Assembly (NCBI GenBank): GCA_030532515.1
Contig: JAUNKY010000003.1
Location: forward strand, 28,147-92,146
Reading direction: 5' to 3'
DNA from: Actinomycetaceae bacterium
GTDB lineage: Bacteria > Actinomycetota > Actinomycetes > Actinomycetales > Actinomycetaceae
Length of the DNA: 64,000 nucleotides
The notes beneath the pieces are model-generated. The model was not told the DNA's origin. It ran no database searches and saw only the letters and a list, made by a program, of their open reading frames with translations. This document shows, in pieces, positions 38,614-47,860 of this stretch. Both the position numbers and the translations under genes were made by a program. How positions within the stretch are numbered: the first letter of the stretch is position 1; each line of letters starts with the position of its first letter.

Positions 38614-40310
38614 TCAAAATGAAACTCCGCATGGCGTGGAATGGTATGCGCCGTGAAAAGTGGAAACTTGTACTTTTTATCATTCTTGGCCTGTATTTCT
38701 TAGGCATTTATGGCGTGACGCTGACGGGGATTGCGTTTGGCGCGGCCTCGGGAGAGCTGGTGAACTACGCACACGTAGTCAACTTTGCTGGCATCCTGGG
38801 GGTCTCTGTAGTCTTCCTGGCGTGGCTCATCGGCCCGGTGGTGGGCTATGGCTTCGACGATACTTTGGATCCTCGCCGTTTCTCTACGCTTATGCCTCCG
38901 AACAAAAAGCTGGGGCGGGCGCTGATTGTCGCCACCATGTTTGGTTTAGGCGCGCTTCTGACTACGGCGCTGATTCTGCTGCTCTTCATCGCTTTGGTCG
39001 GAGCCCACAACTTCGTTGCCGCAGCCGTGTTGCTTGCGATCACACCGGTGGCTCTTTACACCTTCTCTCTGTGGGGGCGGGCGCTGTCAACTACTTTGGG
39101 GCATGCCCTGATGGCGAACTCGAAGCGTAAAGACCGCACGGTTTTCATTACTACCGCGATTTTCTTGGCGATTATGGCGCCGCTGGGCCTGTGGATTAAC
39201 GTGTTGGCTGCGAATGCCACGGTTGCCGGGGTGGGCAAGTTCGCGAATATTCTGCTGTGGTTGCCACTTTCGGCTCCGTTTGGGATCGCTTTTGCGCTTT
39301 CCGAGGGCGCTTGGCTGCAGTTTGCAGTACAGATTGTCTATGCAGTTGTCTTACTTGTCGCCGGGCAGTGGCTGTGGAATCGTACGCTAGCGCCTTCTAT
39401 GGTGGGCGTTGCTGCGCCAGTTTCGCCGCAGGCGCAGGAGGCTATTGCGCAGGGCCGTCACCTGGTGGATCCAAACTTGGTGAAGGCTGAGGTAACTAGT
39501 GCCTTCGATTTAGGTAAGGAGCTGCCGCTTTTGGGTGGTTTCTTGAAGCTGGGTATGTCTTCCCCATTGGCAGCGATGTCTGCTCGTACTTTGCAAATGC
39601 GGATGAAGGATCCGCGAATTTCCACTTCGGTGCTGGGTTTGTTGATCTTCCCGATGATGGCTGTTTTCATGCCAAAGTTGCAAGGCGGCGAGTTTGCCAG
39701 CTCTTCGGTGGGATTCAGCTTCGGGTTCTTCATGTATTTTGTGCCTTTCATTTTGGCTATGACTATCGCCACCTTGCCTTCTTACGATTCGACGTCTTTC
39801 TGGGGTTACATTTCGGTGGGGCTTTCAGGTAAGGCGGATCGTTTGGGACGCTTGTTCGGTTCTCTTCCGGTAGTATTTTTCATTCTGCCTTTAAGCGCCG
39901 CGTTGCCAGCGATTTTTAATACGGGTACTAGCTTTGTGTCGATGTTGGTAACTTTGTTTACTGTTTTCGCTATGGCTTTGGCAGTGATTCAGTTGGTGAC
40001 TACTTTCTGGTTGCCTGGTGTGCAGCCTCCGGGCAGCTCGCCGCTGTCTACTAAGGGTGCGGGTAATCAGATGATTGCTTTCTTGCTGATGATGGTCGGC
40101 CCCATCGTGGTGTTCGTACTTTACTTGCCAGTTCTGTTGGCGTTTTGGTTCTTGGCAACTCCCGGTAGCGTGTTGGAAGTAGTCATCTTGCTGGCTGGTT
40201 TGCTGTGGGGCTTGGCGATTTTGGCGGGTTCTTTGCTGCTGAGCATTAAGTTCTTCCCCAAGCAGGCTCCGCACTTGCTTGAGCAGATTAAGAAGTGGCC
40301 GGGACATTAG
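38598..40310 (+). CDS. ABC-2 family transporter permease (multi-TM, ~570 aa)
   Basis: Start at ATG overlapping the ATPase stop (MAASLIKMKL). At least 10 hydrophobic helices. No homology-recognisable substrate motif. Confidence 0.7.
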   Translation: MAASLIKMKLRMAWNGMRREKWKLVLFIILGLYFLGIYGVTLTGIAFGAASGELVNYAHVVNFAGILGVSVVFLAWLIGPVVGYGFDDTLDPRRFSTLMPPNKKLGRALIVATMFGLGALLTTALILLLFIALVGAHNFVAAAVLLAITPVALYTFSLWGRALSTTLGHALMANSKRKDRTVFITTAIFLAIMAPLGLWINVLAANATVAGVGKFANILLWLPLSAPFGIAFALSEGAWLQFAVQIVYAVVLLVAGQWLWNRTLAPSMVGVAAPVSPQAQEAIAQGRHLVDPNLVKAEVTSAFDLGKELPLLGGFLKLGMSSPLAAMSARTLQMRMKDPRISTSVLGLLIFPMMAVFMPKLQGGEFASSSVGFSFGFFMYFVPFILAMTIATLPSYDSTSFWGYISVGLSGKADRLGRLFGSLPVVFFILPLSAALPAIFNTGTSFVSMLVTLFTVFAMALAVIQLVTTFWLPGVQPPGSSPLSTKGAGNQMIAFLLMMVGPIVVFVLYLPVLLAFWFLATPGSVLEVVILLAGLLWGLAILAGSLLLSIKFFPKQAPHLLEQIKKWPGH

Positions 40311-40385
40311 AACTACCAGCGCTTTTAAAGTTGCTTTCCCAAGCACCCTTTAGAGCGTTTAAACGCTGATTTTACGGCGGTTTGA

Positions 40386-40422
40386 GGCTGTGGGCGAAAT
40401 GTTTTTCGCCCACAGCCTTTTC
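40386..40422 (+). terminator. rho-independent terminator after the ABC-2 permease
   Basis: 14-bp perfect stem GGCTGTGGGCGAAA/TTTCGCCCACAGCC, then TTTTC. Confidence 0.65.
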
Positions 40423-40595
40423 TAATCTTCTTCTAATGCCTTTCTTCTCTTAACCGTGTTTGATAGAAGTAATCCCATCTAGAGGCGTTCTTTCATGGAG
40501 GCCTACACGGATCAGGCGCCGGGTTTATCCCTGGCGGTGAGACTTGGTTCTTTTCTAGGTAGTCCTGTTATAAACGCTGATTTGAGGAGGAAAAA

Positions 40596-41453
40596 ATGCG
40601 TTTAAATAAAGTTAGTCTCTTAGCGTCAGCAACGGTTGTGCCACTGTTATTTTTGACTGCTTGCGGCGGGGTAACCGGTGGTTCTGGAAAGTCGGGTGAT
40701 TCAGGCGGGACGGCTTCTTTAAGTGAACGCCGTGAGCAGCTTGCGAAGCAAGATGCGGGTAAGTCTGTTGATAAGGCTGATAAGTCCACTGGCACTGATA
40801 CGAATCAGGCGCAGCCATCTCAGTCTGCTGGCAAGGCGGGGCAGATTGAGGGTTTTTACCAGTATTTCCAGCGTGATCCTCACGATGAGCACAATGAGTA
40901 TCGTGAGAATATGCTGGAGCGTGATTTGTTGATTGGGCAGTTTTCGCAGACTCATCAGATTCCGGCTCCTTTGAAGGAAATTGTGGATGATGAGTTGGCG
41001 GGCGTGGATTTGCAGTGGCCGGCTGGTCACCCCGTGTTGCCGGCTGAGTATGTGATGCCGATTTTGGTGGGGGCAGAGATTTCTCCGCTCGAGGGCGGTC
41101 AGTTCAAGGTTACCAACGGGATTACTAACCCTTGGGTGCGTGAGCTTTTGGATGATGATTCTAAGCTTTCCAGTACGTCTATCACTTACCGTCCGGGGGA
41201 TGCGCGTACGGCGAAGATTGCTTTGTGGAAGTGTGCTTGGGTGGAAGAGTATGCCAATGCGGTTTATACGGGGTCGCCTGAGGTGGCCCGTTTGCAAGAG
41301 ACTTTGCAAAATCCGCAGGTGCTGACTTTGCTTGATGAGGTGAATAAGCCGGCGGGGGATGCTTGGCGGCGGGATTTGCCGCTGTTGTTGAATGCGAAGC
41401 ATGATGATGTTTTCGATGATTGGCTAGATTTCCACTGTGATGATATTGATTAA
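40596..41453 (+). CDS. Lipoprotein of unknown function (paralog 1)
   Basis: Signal peptide with lipobox LFLTACGG; low-complexity S/G/D linker; conserved THQIPAPLKEIVDDELAGVDL and WKCAWVEEYANAVY blocks. Confidence 0.6.
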   Translation: MRLNKVSLLASATVVPLLFLTACGGVTGGSGKSGDSGGTASLSERREQLAKQDAGKSVDKADKSTGTDTNQAQPSQSAGKAGQIEGFYQYFQRDPHDEHNEYRENMLERDLLIGQFSQTHQIPAPLKEIVDDELAGVDLQWPAGHPVLPAEYVMPILVGAEISPLEGGQFKVTNGITNPWVRELLDDDSKLSSTSITYRPGDARTAKIALWKCAWVEEYANAVYTGSPEVARLQETLQNPQVLTLLDEVNKPAGDAWRRDLPLLLNAKHDDVFDDWLDFHCDDID

Positions 41454-41502
41454 GCGCTTTGCTTTTGGTTAAGTGTTTAGCTTTCTGCGGGCGTTGGTTT
41501 GG

Positions 41503-41552
41503 GGCGCGGTAGGTTGTCAGGTTTTCCTGATGGTTTACCGCGCCTTTTACTT
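41503..41552 (+). terminator. hairpin plus T-tract after lipoprotein paralog 1
   Basis: GGCGCGGTA ... TACCGCGCC stem followed by TTTTACTTT. Confidence 0.45.
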
Positions 41553-41604
41553 TGATAACTGCTACACTTAATGAAAAGTTAAACATTTAAACAAGGGAGC
41601 TTAA

Positions 41605-42360
41605 ATGATTGTTAAACTTACTTCTCTGCGTACCGTATCTGCCGGCTTGGTTTTAGCCTTCGCATTAACAGGCTGTACTTTAGGAAATGAGTCTGCTTCT
41701 ACCTACCCGGCATCAGAGCAAGGTTCACAAACACAGTCTTCCGAAAAAGCTTCCACTGAGGTAAAACCTACCCAAGAAACCCAGAAACTGGTAAGCACTT
41801 ATTCAGAAGCTCTTAACCTTCCCTACAACCAGATTGCTGAGTTTAGTAAAACCCATCAAATTCCTGCCGAAGCAGTTACTTTCACTGAGGCAGAGCTGGC
41901 CGAGTTCAGTGAAGAATTCCCACCGGGCTACGAACGCCCTGACTTAGCAACTCTCTATCCGGCTTTAGTAGGGGCAACGCTTGAAAAGTCACCGGATAGT
42001 TCGGCAGTTACTTTCAAGACCCACGCTGAGAATGCTTTTGCGAAACAACAGATCCAAAAAGAGCATCCCAAGGAAACTACGGTTTTATTCGAGTTAGCTA
42101 AAGGTAATGCTGCAACTGACTTGGCGCTGCGGTGGCGCTGCGCTTGGATTGAACAGTACACGAATGCCACGATCATGCAAAACCGCGACAGCATGCGTGA
42201 AGCTGAAGCACAGATCCGTAAAGCCTCTGAACTTCCGGTTCTGGTTAAGTACAATCCCGAGATTGCTGCCTATTTCAAAGAGTATGAAGCCTCTGTTATT
42301 GGACAAAGCGTACCCATGTTGAAAGACTATTTATCGGCTCGCTGCGTTTTCTATAAGTAA
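41605..42360 (+). CDS. Lipoprotein of unknown function (paralog 2)
   Basis: Lipobox ALTGCTLG; shares THQIPAEAVTFTEAELAEF and WRCAWIEQYTNATI blocks with the preceding gene. Confidence 0.6.
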   Translation: MIVKLTSLRTVSAGLVLAFALTGCTLGNESASTYPASEQGSQTQSSEKASTEVKPTQETQKLVSTYSEALNLPYNQIAEFSKTHQIPAEAVTFTEAELAEFSEEFPPGYERPDLATLYPALVGATLEKSPDSSAVTFKTHAENAFAKQQIQKEHPKETTVLFELAKGNAATDLALRWRCAWIEQYTNATIMQNRDSMREAEAQIRKASELPVLVKYNPEIAAYFKEYEASVIGQSVPMLKDYLSARCVFYK

Positions 42361-42388
42361 ACTACGCTTACCGACATAGCCAACGAAA

Positions 42389-44308
42389 CTACTGGGCTAA
42401 CTCTAGCCAGCGCATTTCCAACTCATCGTGCTTTTCACGTAGCCGCGCACTTTCTTCTACCAGCTGCGTCATTTGCGCTAAGTCTGCGCTGGTTGGGCCA
42501 GAAATCGCCGAAATTTGCGCTAGCTGGGCATCAACTTCCGCAATCTGGGTGGCCAATTTTTCGATTTGCCGCTCAATCTTAGCCATCTCTTTTTGCGCTT
42601 CGCGCGTCATTTTCGCGCTCTGCACATTAGCCGGTGGCGAAGTTTGCCCAGCAGTATCACCGCCAGTTGCAGCTACCAGAGAGTCGGTGCCCTTCGCTCC
42701 CGCGAAGTTACCCGCTGCAGAGGGGTTATGCTCAAGTTCAGCGCGCAACTGTAGATACTGCTCTACCCCACCGGGAAGGTCCCGGAGTTTGCCGTCTCCT
42801 AAAAGCGCCAGCTGGTGGCTGGTGACTCGTTCTAATAGGTAGCGGTCGTGAGAAACTACCACTAAAGTTCCGGGGAAAGAATCCAACAGGTCTTCCATCG
42901 CAGCTAAAGTGTCAGTATCTAAGTCGTTGGTGGGTTCGTCAAGTAGAATCACGTTTGGTTCTGCCATGAGCAGACGCACAAGTTGCAGGCGGCGGCGTTC
43001 CCCACCAGAAATGTCGGCTACTGGCGTCCAGGCGCGTTCTTTAGAAAAGCCAATCCGCTCAACTAGTTGCGAAGCACTCACGTCTTTTCCGCCGATCACC
43101 ACTGAAGGGGCTACGGCTGCAACCGCTTCAACTACGCGTAAATGCCCAATCTGGTCCAGTTCATGCGTATCTTGAGAAAGTACCGCTACGGAAACGGTTT
43201 TACCGCGCTTTACCCGGCCTGCGTCAGGGGTTATGACGCCTGCCAAGAGTCGCAGTAAGGTGGTTTTTCCGGCGCCGTTTACGCCCACAATCCCCACGCG
43301 TTCCGCGGGAGCTAACCGGTAGGTGACATCATCGAAAATCACTTTTTCACCGTAGGCTAAAGAGACGTTTTCTAAATCTAAGACGTCTTTGCCCAGCCGT
43401 GCGGTAGCCATTTTCACCAGTTCTACTTCGTCGCGAACCGGTGGTTCGTTAGCGATTAGAGCCTCGGCAGCTTCGATGCGGAACCGGGGTTTTGAAGTCC
43501 GCGCCGGAGCCCCACGGCGCAGCCAAGCCAGTTCTTTCCGCAGCAAATTTTCACGTTTAGTGGCGGTCACTGAGGCCAGGCGAGCACGTTCTGCCCGCGC
43601 CAAAATATAGGCGGCGTAAGAACCTTCGTAGATTTCAATACGCCCAGGAATCTGCGGCTTTCCTTTACCAGGGTCAATCCCGCCGATAACTTCCCAAACG
43701 TGGGAACAGACTTCATCTAAAAACCAGCGGTCGTGCGTAACCACCAGCAGAGCCCCGTTTTGGCGGGCTTTTTGCCCACGCCCACCAAAACGTTTATTTA
43801 AGTGCCCCGCCAGCCAAGCCACGCCTTCTACATCCAGGTGGTTGGTAGGTTCGTCCAAAATCAGTACTTCCGCAGGATGCCCGCTAATCAGCCCTTGGGA
43901 CAGTACGCGTGCTAACGAAACGCGGCGTTTTTGCCCGCCTGACAGGGTTCCAAAGGCGGCATCTAACGGCACATCGGCCAGCAAACCGGCGTGAATGTCG
44001 CGGATCAGCGCATTGGAAGCCCATTCGTGAGCTTCGCGCCCCGGGTGAATGACTTCTAAAACTGTGTCATTCGTAGCTGGGTCACGTTGCGAGAGGAAAG
44101 CAACTTCTACCCCATCACGGCGTATCAGCGCGCCCCCATCTGGCTGGCGAGTGCCGGCAAGTAGGCCTAAGAGAGTGGATTTTCCGGCGCCGTTTGACCC
44201 TAAAATGCCGATTCGATCGCCGTCCTCGACGGAAACGTTAATGCCATCTAGAATCACGCGGGACCCGCCCAGCGCTTTCAAATTCTGCGTCCCAAATAGG
44301 TGCGCCAC
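42389..44308 (-). CDS. ABC-F family ATPase (two NBDs, inter-domain linker, C-terminal coiled-coil; Uup/EttA/ARE-like)
   Basis: Two Walker A (GSNGAGKST; GVNGAGKTT), two LSGG signatures, no TM domain, C-terminal coiled-coil MTREAQKEMAKIERQIEKLATQIAEVDAQLAQ. Confidence 0.85.
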   Translation of the reverse strand: MAHLFGTQNLKALGGSRVILDGINVSVEDGDRIGILGSNGAGKSTLLGLLAGTRQPDGGALIRRDGVEVAFLSQRDPATNDTVLEVIHPGREAHEWASNALIRDIHAGLLADVPLDAAFGTLSGGQKRRVSLARVLSQGLISGHPAEVLILDEPTNHLDVEGVAWLAGHLNKRFGGRGQKARQNGALLVVTHDRWFLDEVCSHVWEVIGGIDPGKGKPQIPGRIEIYEGSYAAYILARAERARLASVTATKRENLLRKELAWLRRGAPARTSKPRFRIEAAEALIANEPPVRDEVELVKMATARLGKDVLDLENVSLAYGEKVIFDDVTYRLAPAERVGIVGVNGAGKTTLLRLLAGVITPDAGRVKRGKTVSVAVLSQDTHELDQIGHLRVVEAVAAVAPSVVIGGKDVSASQLVERIGFSKERAWTPVADISGGERRRLQLVRLLMAEPNVILLDEPTNDLDTDTLAAMEDLLDSFPGTLVVVSHDRYLLERVTSHQLALLGDGKLRDLPGGVEQYLQLRAELEHNPSAAGNFAGAKGTDSLVAATGGDTAGQTSPPANVQSAKMTREAQKEMAKIERQIEKLATQIAEVDAQLAQISAISGPTSADLAQMTQLVEESARLREKHDELEMRWLELAQ

Positions 44309-44317
44309 TTGCCCTCC

Positions 44318-45421
44318 TTATTGCGTCTTTTCTACCATAGCGGGCAGACCCGGTCCGCTGGTAATCAAGACGCCGGCAACTTGCGGGTGGGTAGAAATTT
44401 TTTCTCCGAGGGCGCGCGCTGCAGCTTCATTTTCAGCCAGCACTGCCAAAGTGGGGCCAGAGCCCGAGAGCATGACTTTGTGGGCTCCCAGCGTCTCTAA
44501 ATACTGGTGCACCTGGGCTACATCTGGGCGCAGTGCAAAGGCGGTTTCCTGCAGGTCATTTTCCATGATTTCTGCCATTTGTTTAGCTTCACAAAGCGCT
44601 TTGGGTAGCTGAGTGTCGTGGGTGAGCACTTCAGTTAGGTCGGTAACTGCTGGAATTAGTGGACGCCCGGCGTTGGCAGCGTCGAAAGCTTTAAAAACTG
44701 CCGGAGTCGACAACCCCGTGGGGGACATTACCATCACCCAGTGGTGTGTGTGCCCGGGTGTGCTGTCTGCAGTTTGCGGAGAAAAGTAGGTGTCTAATCT
44801 GGTCATGTGGTCGCCGTAGCCTAAGCCCAGGGAAGTTCCGCCGGTGAGGCAAGCCGGTACGTCGGCACCTAAGGTGCGCGCGATTTTTTCCAGTTCCCCG
44901 TTGGAAAGACGCAGTCCTAAAAGTTCGTTAACGGCAACTAAAGTGGCGGCGGCATCAGCAGAGCCTCCGGCCATGCCACCGGCTGCTGGAATCCGTTTAA
45001 TGATGGTGAGGTCAAGCTGGGTTTCTTTGGGAAGCAACTGATATTCGGGAATTTCCGCAGCTTTTTCTACTAGTTTGGCGGCGGCTTTCCATGCTAGGTG
45101 GTCGGTTGCCGCCACGTCGTTAAGCTGTTGCAGGGCTTGGGCATCTGCCACTGAGCTACCCAGTTCTACGCTGGTGCGTACAGTTATGGGGTAGCCGCTG
45201 GCAGTGTGGGCCAGTAAGGTGGGGGTGCTATTGGGAAGCGTGGGGCTGCCAGACAGGTGTTCGCGCTGCGGCGTAAATTTTGCGATGCAAGTTTCTCTTA
45301 GCCCCACGGTTTCGAAGATCGAATACAGCGGGTGGTAACCGTTGCTATCGGGTTTTCCCACCAGCAGCTGCAGGTTGATTTTCCCCGGAGCTGAGGCGGT
45401 TACTGCTTCCAAATGATGCAT
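44318..45421 (-). CDS. ispE: 4-diphosphocytidyl-2-C-methyl-D-erythritol kinase
   Basis: N-terminal APGKINLQLLVG and GHMP-kinase loop IPAAGGMAGGSADAAATLVA. Conserved ksgA-ispE pairing. Confidence 0.8.
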   Translation of the reverse strand: MHHLEAVTASAPGKINLQLLVGKPDSNGYHPLYSIFETVGLRETCIAKFTPQREHLSGSPTLPNSTPTLLAHTASGYPITVRTSVELGSSVADAQALQQLNDVAATDHLAWKAAAKLVEKAAEIPEYQLLPKETQLDLTIIKRIPAAGGMAGGSADAAATLVAVNELLGLRLSNGELEKIARTLGADVPACLTGGTSLGLGYGDHMTRLDTYFSPQTADSTPGHTHHWVMVMSPTGLSTPAVFKAFDAANAGRPLIPAVTDLTEVLTHDTQLPKALCEAKQMAEIMENDLQETAFALRPDVAQVHQYLETLGAHKVMLSGSGPTLAVLAENEAAARALGEKISTHPQVAGVLITSGPGLPAMVEKTQ

Positions 45422-45425
45422 GTTC

Positions 45426-46442
45426 CTATTTTAGTAGACCCAGCTTTTGCGCGGCTTCTCCCAGGGCAATGAATTCACGAATGTCCAGGGTTTCTCCGCG
45501 GCGTTGCCCGTCGATTCCGGCAGTTGCCAGTAAAGTTTCAGCTTTTTCAGCGCTGTCTAACCAGTTCTTGAAGGCAGCGCGTAATGTTTTGCGGCGCTGC
45601 GCAAAGGCAGCGTCTACCAGTTTGAAGACGATTTCTTTAGAGACTGCGGGTTGTCCGCTGGCAGTCACCGCATAGGGTTCTTGTCCCGGCTGGTAGCGGG
45701 TAATGCGCACTAATGAAGAATCTACGTTAGGTACTGGCCAGAAAATTTGGCGGGAAATAGAGCCGGCCATTTCCGCTTTGCCGTACCAGGCGGTTTTTAC
45801 CGAAGGCACGCCGTAAATGCGACCTTTCGGGGTGGCGCTCAGACGCTGCGCAACTTCAGTTTGGACCATCACCAGGATTTCGGTGATGGAAGGGAAGTTT
45901 TCTAAGAAGTTTAGTACCAGGGGCACAGCCACATTGTAGGGAAGGTTAGCTACCAGGCGGGTAGGGGCTTCCCAGTTTGCCAGTTCGCCGTTGATAAGTG
46001 GCGCCGCATCTAACTGCTGGGGGCTAGTAACTTGCAGACCGTCTTTGAGCAGGATTCGCAGGGGTAGCTGCGCATTTCCTTGCGCGGCTACGGTAGTTGG
46101 CAGGGCGGTTGCCAGCACCGGGTCGATTTCAACTGCGGTGACGCGGGCGCCGGCTTCTAACAACCCCAGGGTTAAAGAGCCTAAGCCGGGACCGACTTCA
46201 AGGACGTGTTCTTCGGCGTTTACTCTGCCAGCTGCAATGATTTTACGTACAGTGCCGCCGTCGTGAACAAAGTTTTGTCCCAGGGTTTTAGTGGGTTGAA
46301 TGTGCAGGGCAGCGCAGATGTCGCGTACGTTTACGGGGGTTAAAAGATTAACCGGAACCACCTGTTTAGTTTCTGCATTAGGTTCAGTGTTTGCAGGTGC
46401 AGTTTCTGCAGTTACGTTTTCAAGCCCTGAAGATTCAGGCAT
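45426..46442 (-). CDS. rsmA: 16S rRNA (adenine1518/1519-N6)-dimethyltransferase
   Basis: SAM motif VLEVGPGLGSLT and KsgA C-terminal domain, with an N-terminal extension. Confidence 0.85.
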   Translation of the reverse strand: MPESSGLENVTAETAPANTEPNAETKQVVPVNLLTPVNVRDICAALHIQPTKTLGQNFVHDGGTVRKIIAAGRVNAEEHVLEVGPGLGSLTLGLLEAGARVTAVEIDPVLATALPTTVAAQGNAQLPLRILLKDGLQVTSPQQLDAAPLINGELANWEAPTRLVANLPYNVAVPLVLNFLENFPSITEILVMVQTEVAQRLSATPKGRIYGVPSVKTAWYGKAEMAGSISRQIFWPVPNVDSSLVRITRYQPGQEPYAVTASGQPAVSKEIVFKLVDAAFAQRRKTLRAAFKNWLDSAEKAETLLATAGIDGQRRGETLDIREFIALGEAAQKLGLLK

Positions 46443-47654
46443 TTAGTACCACCCTACTCGGTTTGAATGTCCCAGCGCTCCACAGGGAGTGCCATATCGA
46501 TTCTGAATATACCCTAATCCCCAGGTTATCTGCGTAACGGGGTTAGTACGCCAGTCAGCTCCGACGGAAGCCATCTTTGTTCCCGGTAACGACTGGGGGA
46601 TGCCGTAGGCGCCTGAAGCAGGATTTTGGGCGTGAGGATTCCAGTTGGATTCGCGTTCCCATAAGACCAGCAGACACTGGTATTGGTCGTCTCCCCAACC
46701 GTGGGCTGATACCAGTGGGCGAGCTAATGCGCGGGGGTCTTCTCCACTGTAGTTTGGCACTGGCAGGCGATTTCCTGCTGCGTCAGTGATTTTCCCTTCA
46801 GCACGTAACTTACGAGCTAATGCTTCTGGGTCGGCAGTACCAACTAAGGTTACTTCTTTTACCGGGGTGGTGGTGATTGAATCAGATACCAGGGTATCAA
46901 CCAGCAGTTTTCCATCGACTTTCTGCTGGTAGCGCACAATGGTACGCACCCCGTCTTTACCGGGGGTTTGTACTTTGTGTTTGCCTTTGACAATGTCAGC
47001 AGAGGGTTTTTCTTCCTTTTCGAAAGGCACTTTTTCGGTTAAGCTGACCGTTCCGCGGTTGACGCGTTTGACAGTGACTGTAAGTTTTCCTTTTGCCCGG
47101 TGGGTGACAACTTGGTCAATGGGACCAACACTGATTTGGGCTTGATTCAAAAGAGCTCTGAGGTTATGCGGGTGGGTGAGTGTTACGGTAGTTTCTTTAC
47201 CGTCAGCTACGACTACTACTTCAGTACCGATTTCTGCCAGCGGCAGGATGCTTTCACGTTCATCAAAGCGTTGTGCGGGGATTTCAAGGCGCGCGAATTC
47301 GGCGCGTTCTAAAAGCTTATCTAGGGTGCTTTCAGTCACCCAGTGTGTTTTGGTTTTTCCATTGTCAAGAACTGAGAGTTCTTTAGCGTAACGTACTTGA
47401 ATAGTTTGTCCTGCTAGGATTTTTTGGTCCAAAGCTGGGGTGATTTCGTCACGCAACGAGTATTGTATTCCAGCGTCGTTTAAGGTTGCGCCCACAGTTT
47501 TTTCTACTGTGTTAACCGGGCGCGTCACCCCGTTCACATTCACCAACACCGTCTTGTAATTTATGGCCAGGTCGGTGGCGGCCGCGCCGATAATTAGTGT
47601 GGCAGCCAAGGCGGCGGATGAGAGTATGATCTTAGGGGATTCAAATATACTCAT
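46443..47654 (-). CDS. RpfB-architecture secreted protein (DUF348 repeats + G5) with a C-terminal SLT-like lytic transglycosylase domain instead of an Rpf domain
   Basis: N-terminal TM/signal; DUF348-like repeats (VLVNVNGVTRPV...); G5-like region; C-terminal LWERESNWNPHAQNPASGAYGIPQ, which matches the SLT ES...N..A.S..GAxG..Q signature. Confidence 0.6.
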   Translation of the reverse strand: MSIFESPKIILSSAALAATLIIGAAATDLAINYKTVLVNVNGVTRPVNTVEKTVGATLNDAGIQYSLRDEITPALDQKILAGQTIQVRYAKELSVLDNGKTKTHWVTESTLDKLLERAEFARLEIPAQRFDERESILPLAEIGTEVVVVADGKETTVTLTHPHNLRALLNQAQISVGPIDQVVTHRAKGKLTVTVKRVNRGTVSLTEKVPFEKEEKPSADIVKGKHKVQTPGKDGVRTIVRYQQKVDGKLLVDTLVSDSITTTPVKEVTLVGTADPEALARKLRAEGKITDAAGNRLPVPNYSGEDPRALARPLVSAHGWGDDQYQCLLVLWERESNWNPHAQNPASGAYGIPQSLPGTKMASVGADWRTNPVTQITWGLGYIQNRYGTPCGALGHSNRVGWY

Positions 47655-47860
47655 CTACGTCACTTTCCAAGCGGGCTTTGTACTAAATAACCGATTTTAC
47701 GCAGGTTTCTGCAGTTTTCTGCCAGTTAGTTCGTCGATTTTCATTAGACTTACTAAAGGGCATTTAGAATGCGTTCACTTAGTCAGGCTAACAGTTTTTC
47801 CCACTGTTTTGTATGTGTGCGACTAAATCTTAAGCGGGTTCACACCGACGTTAGAGTAGG

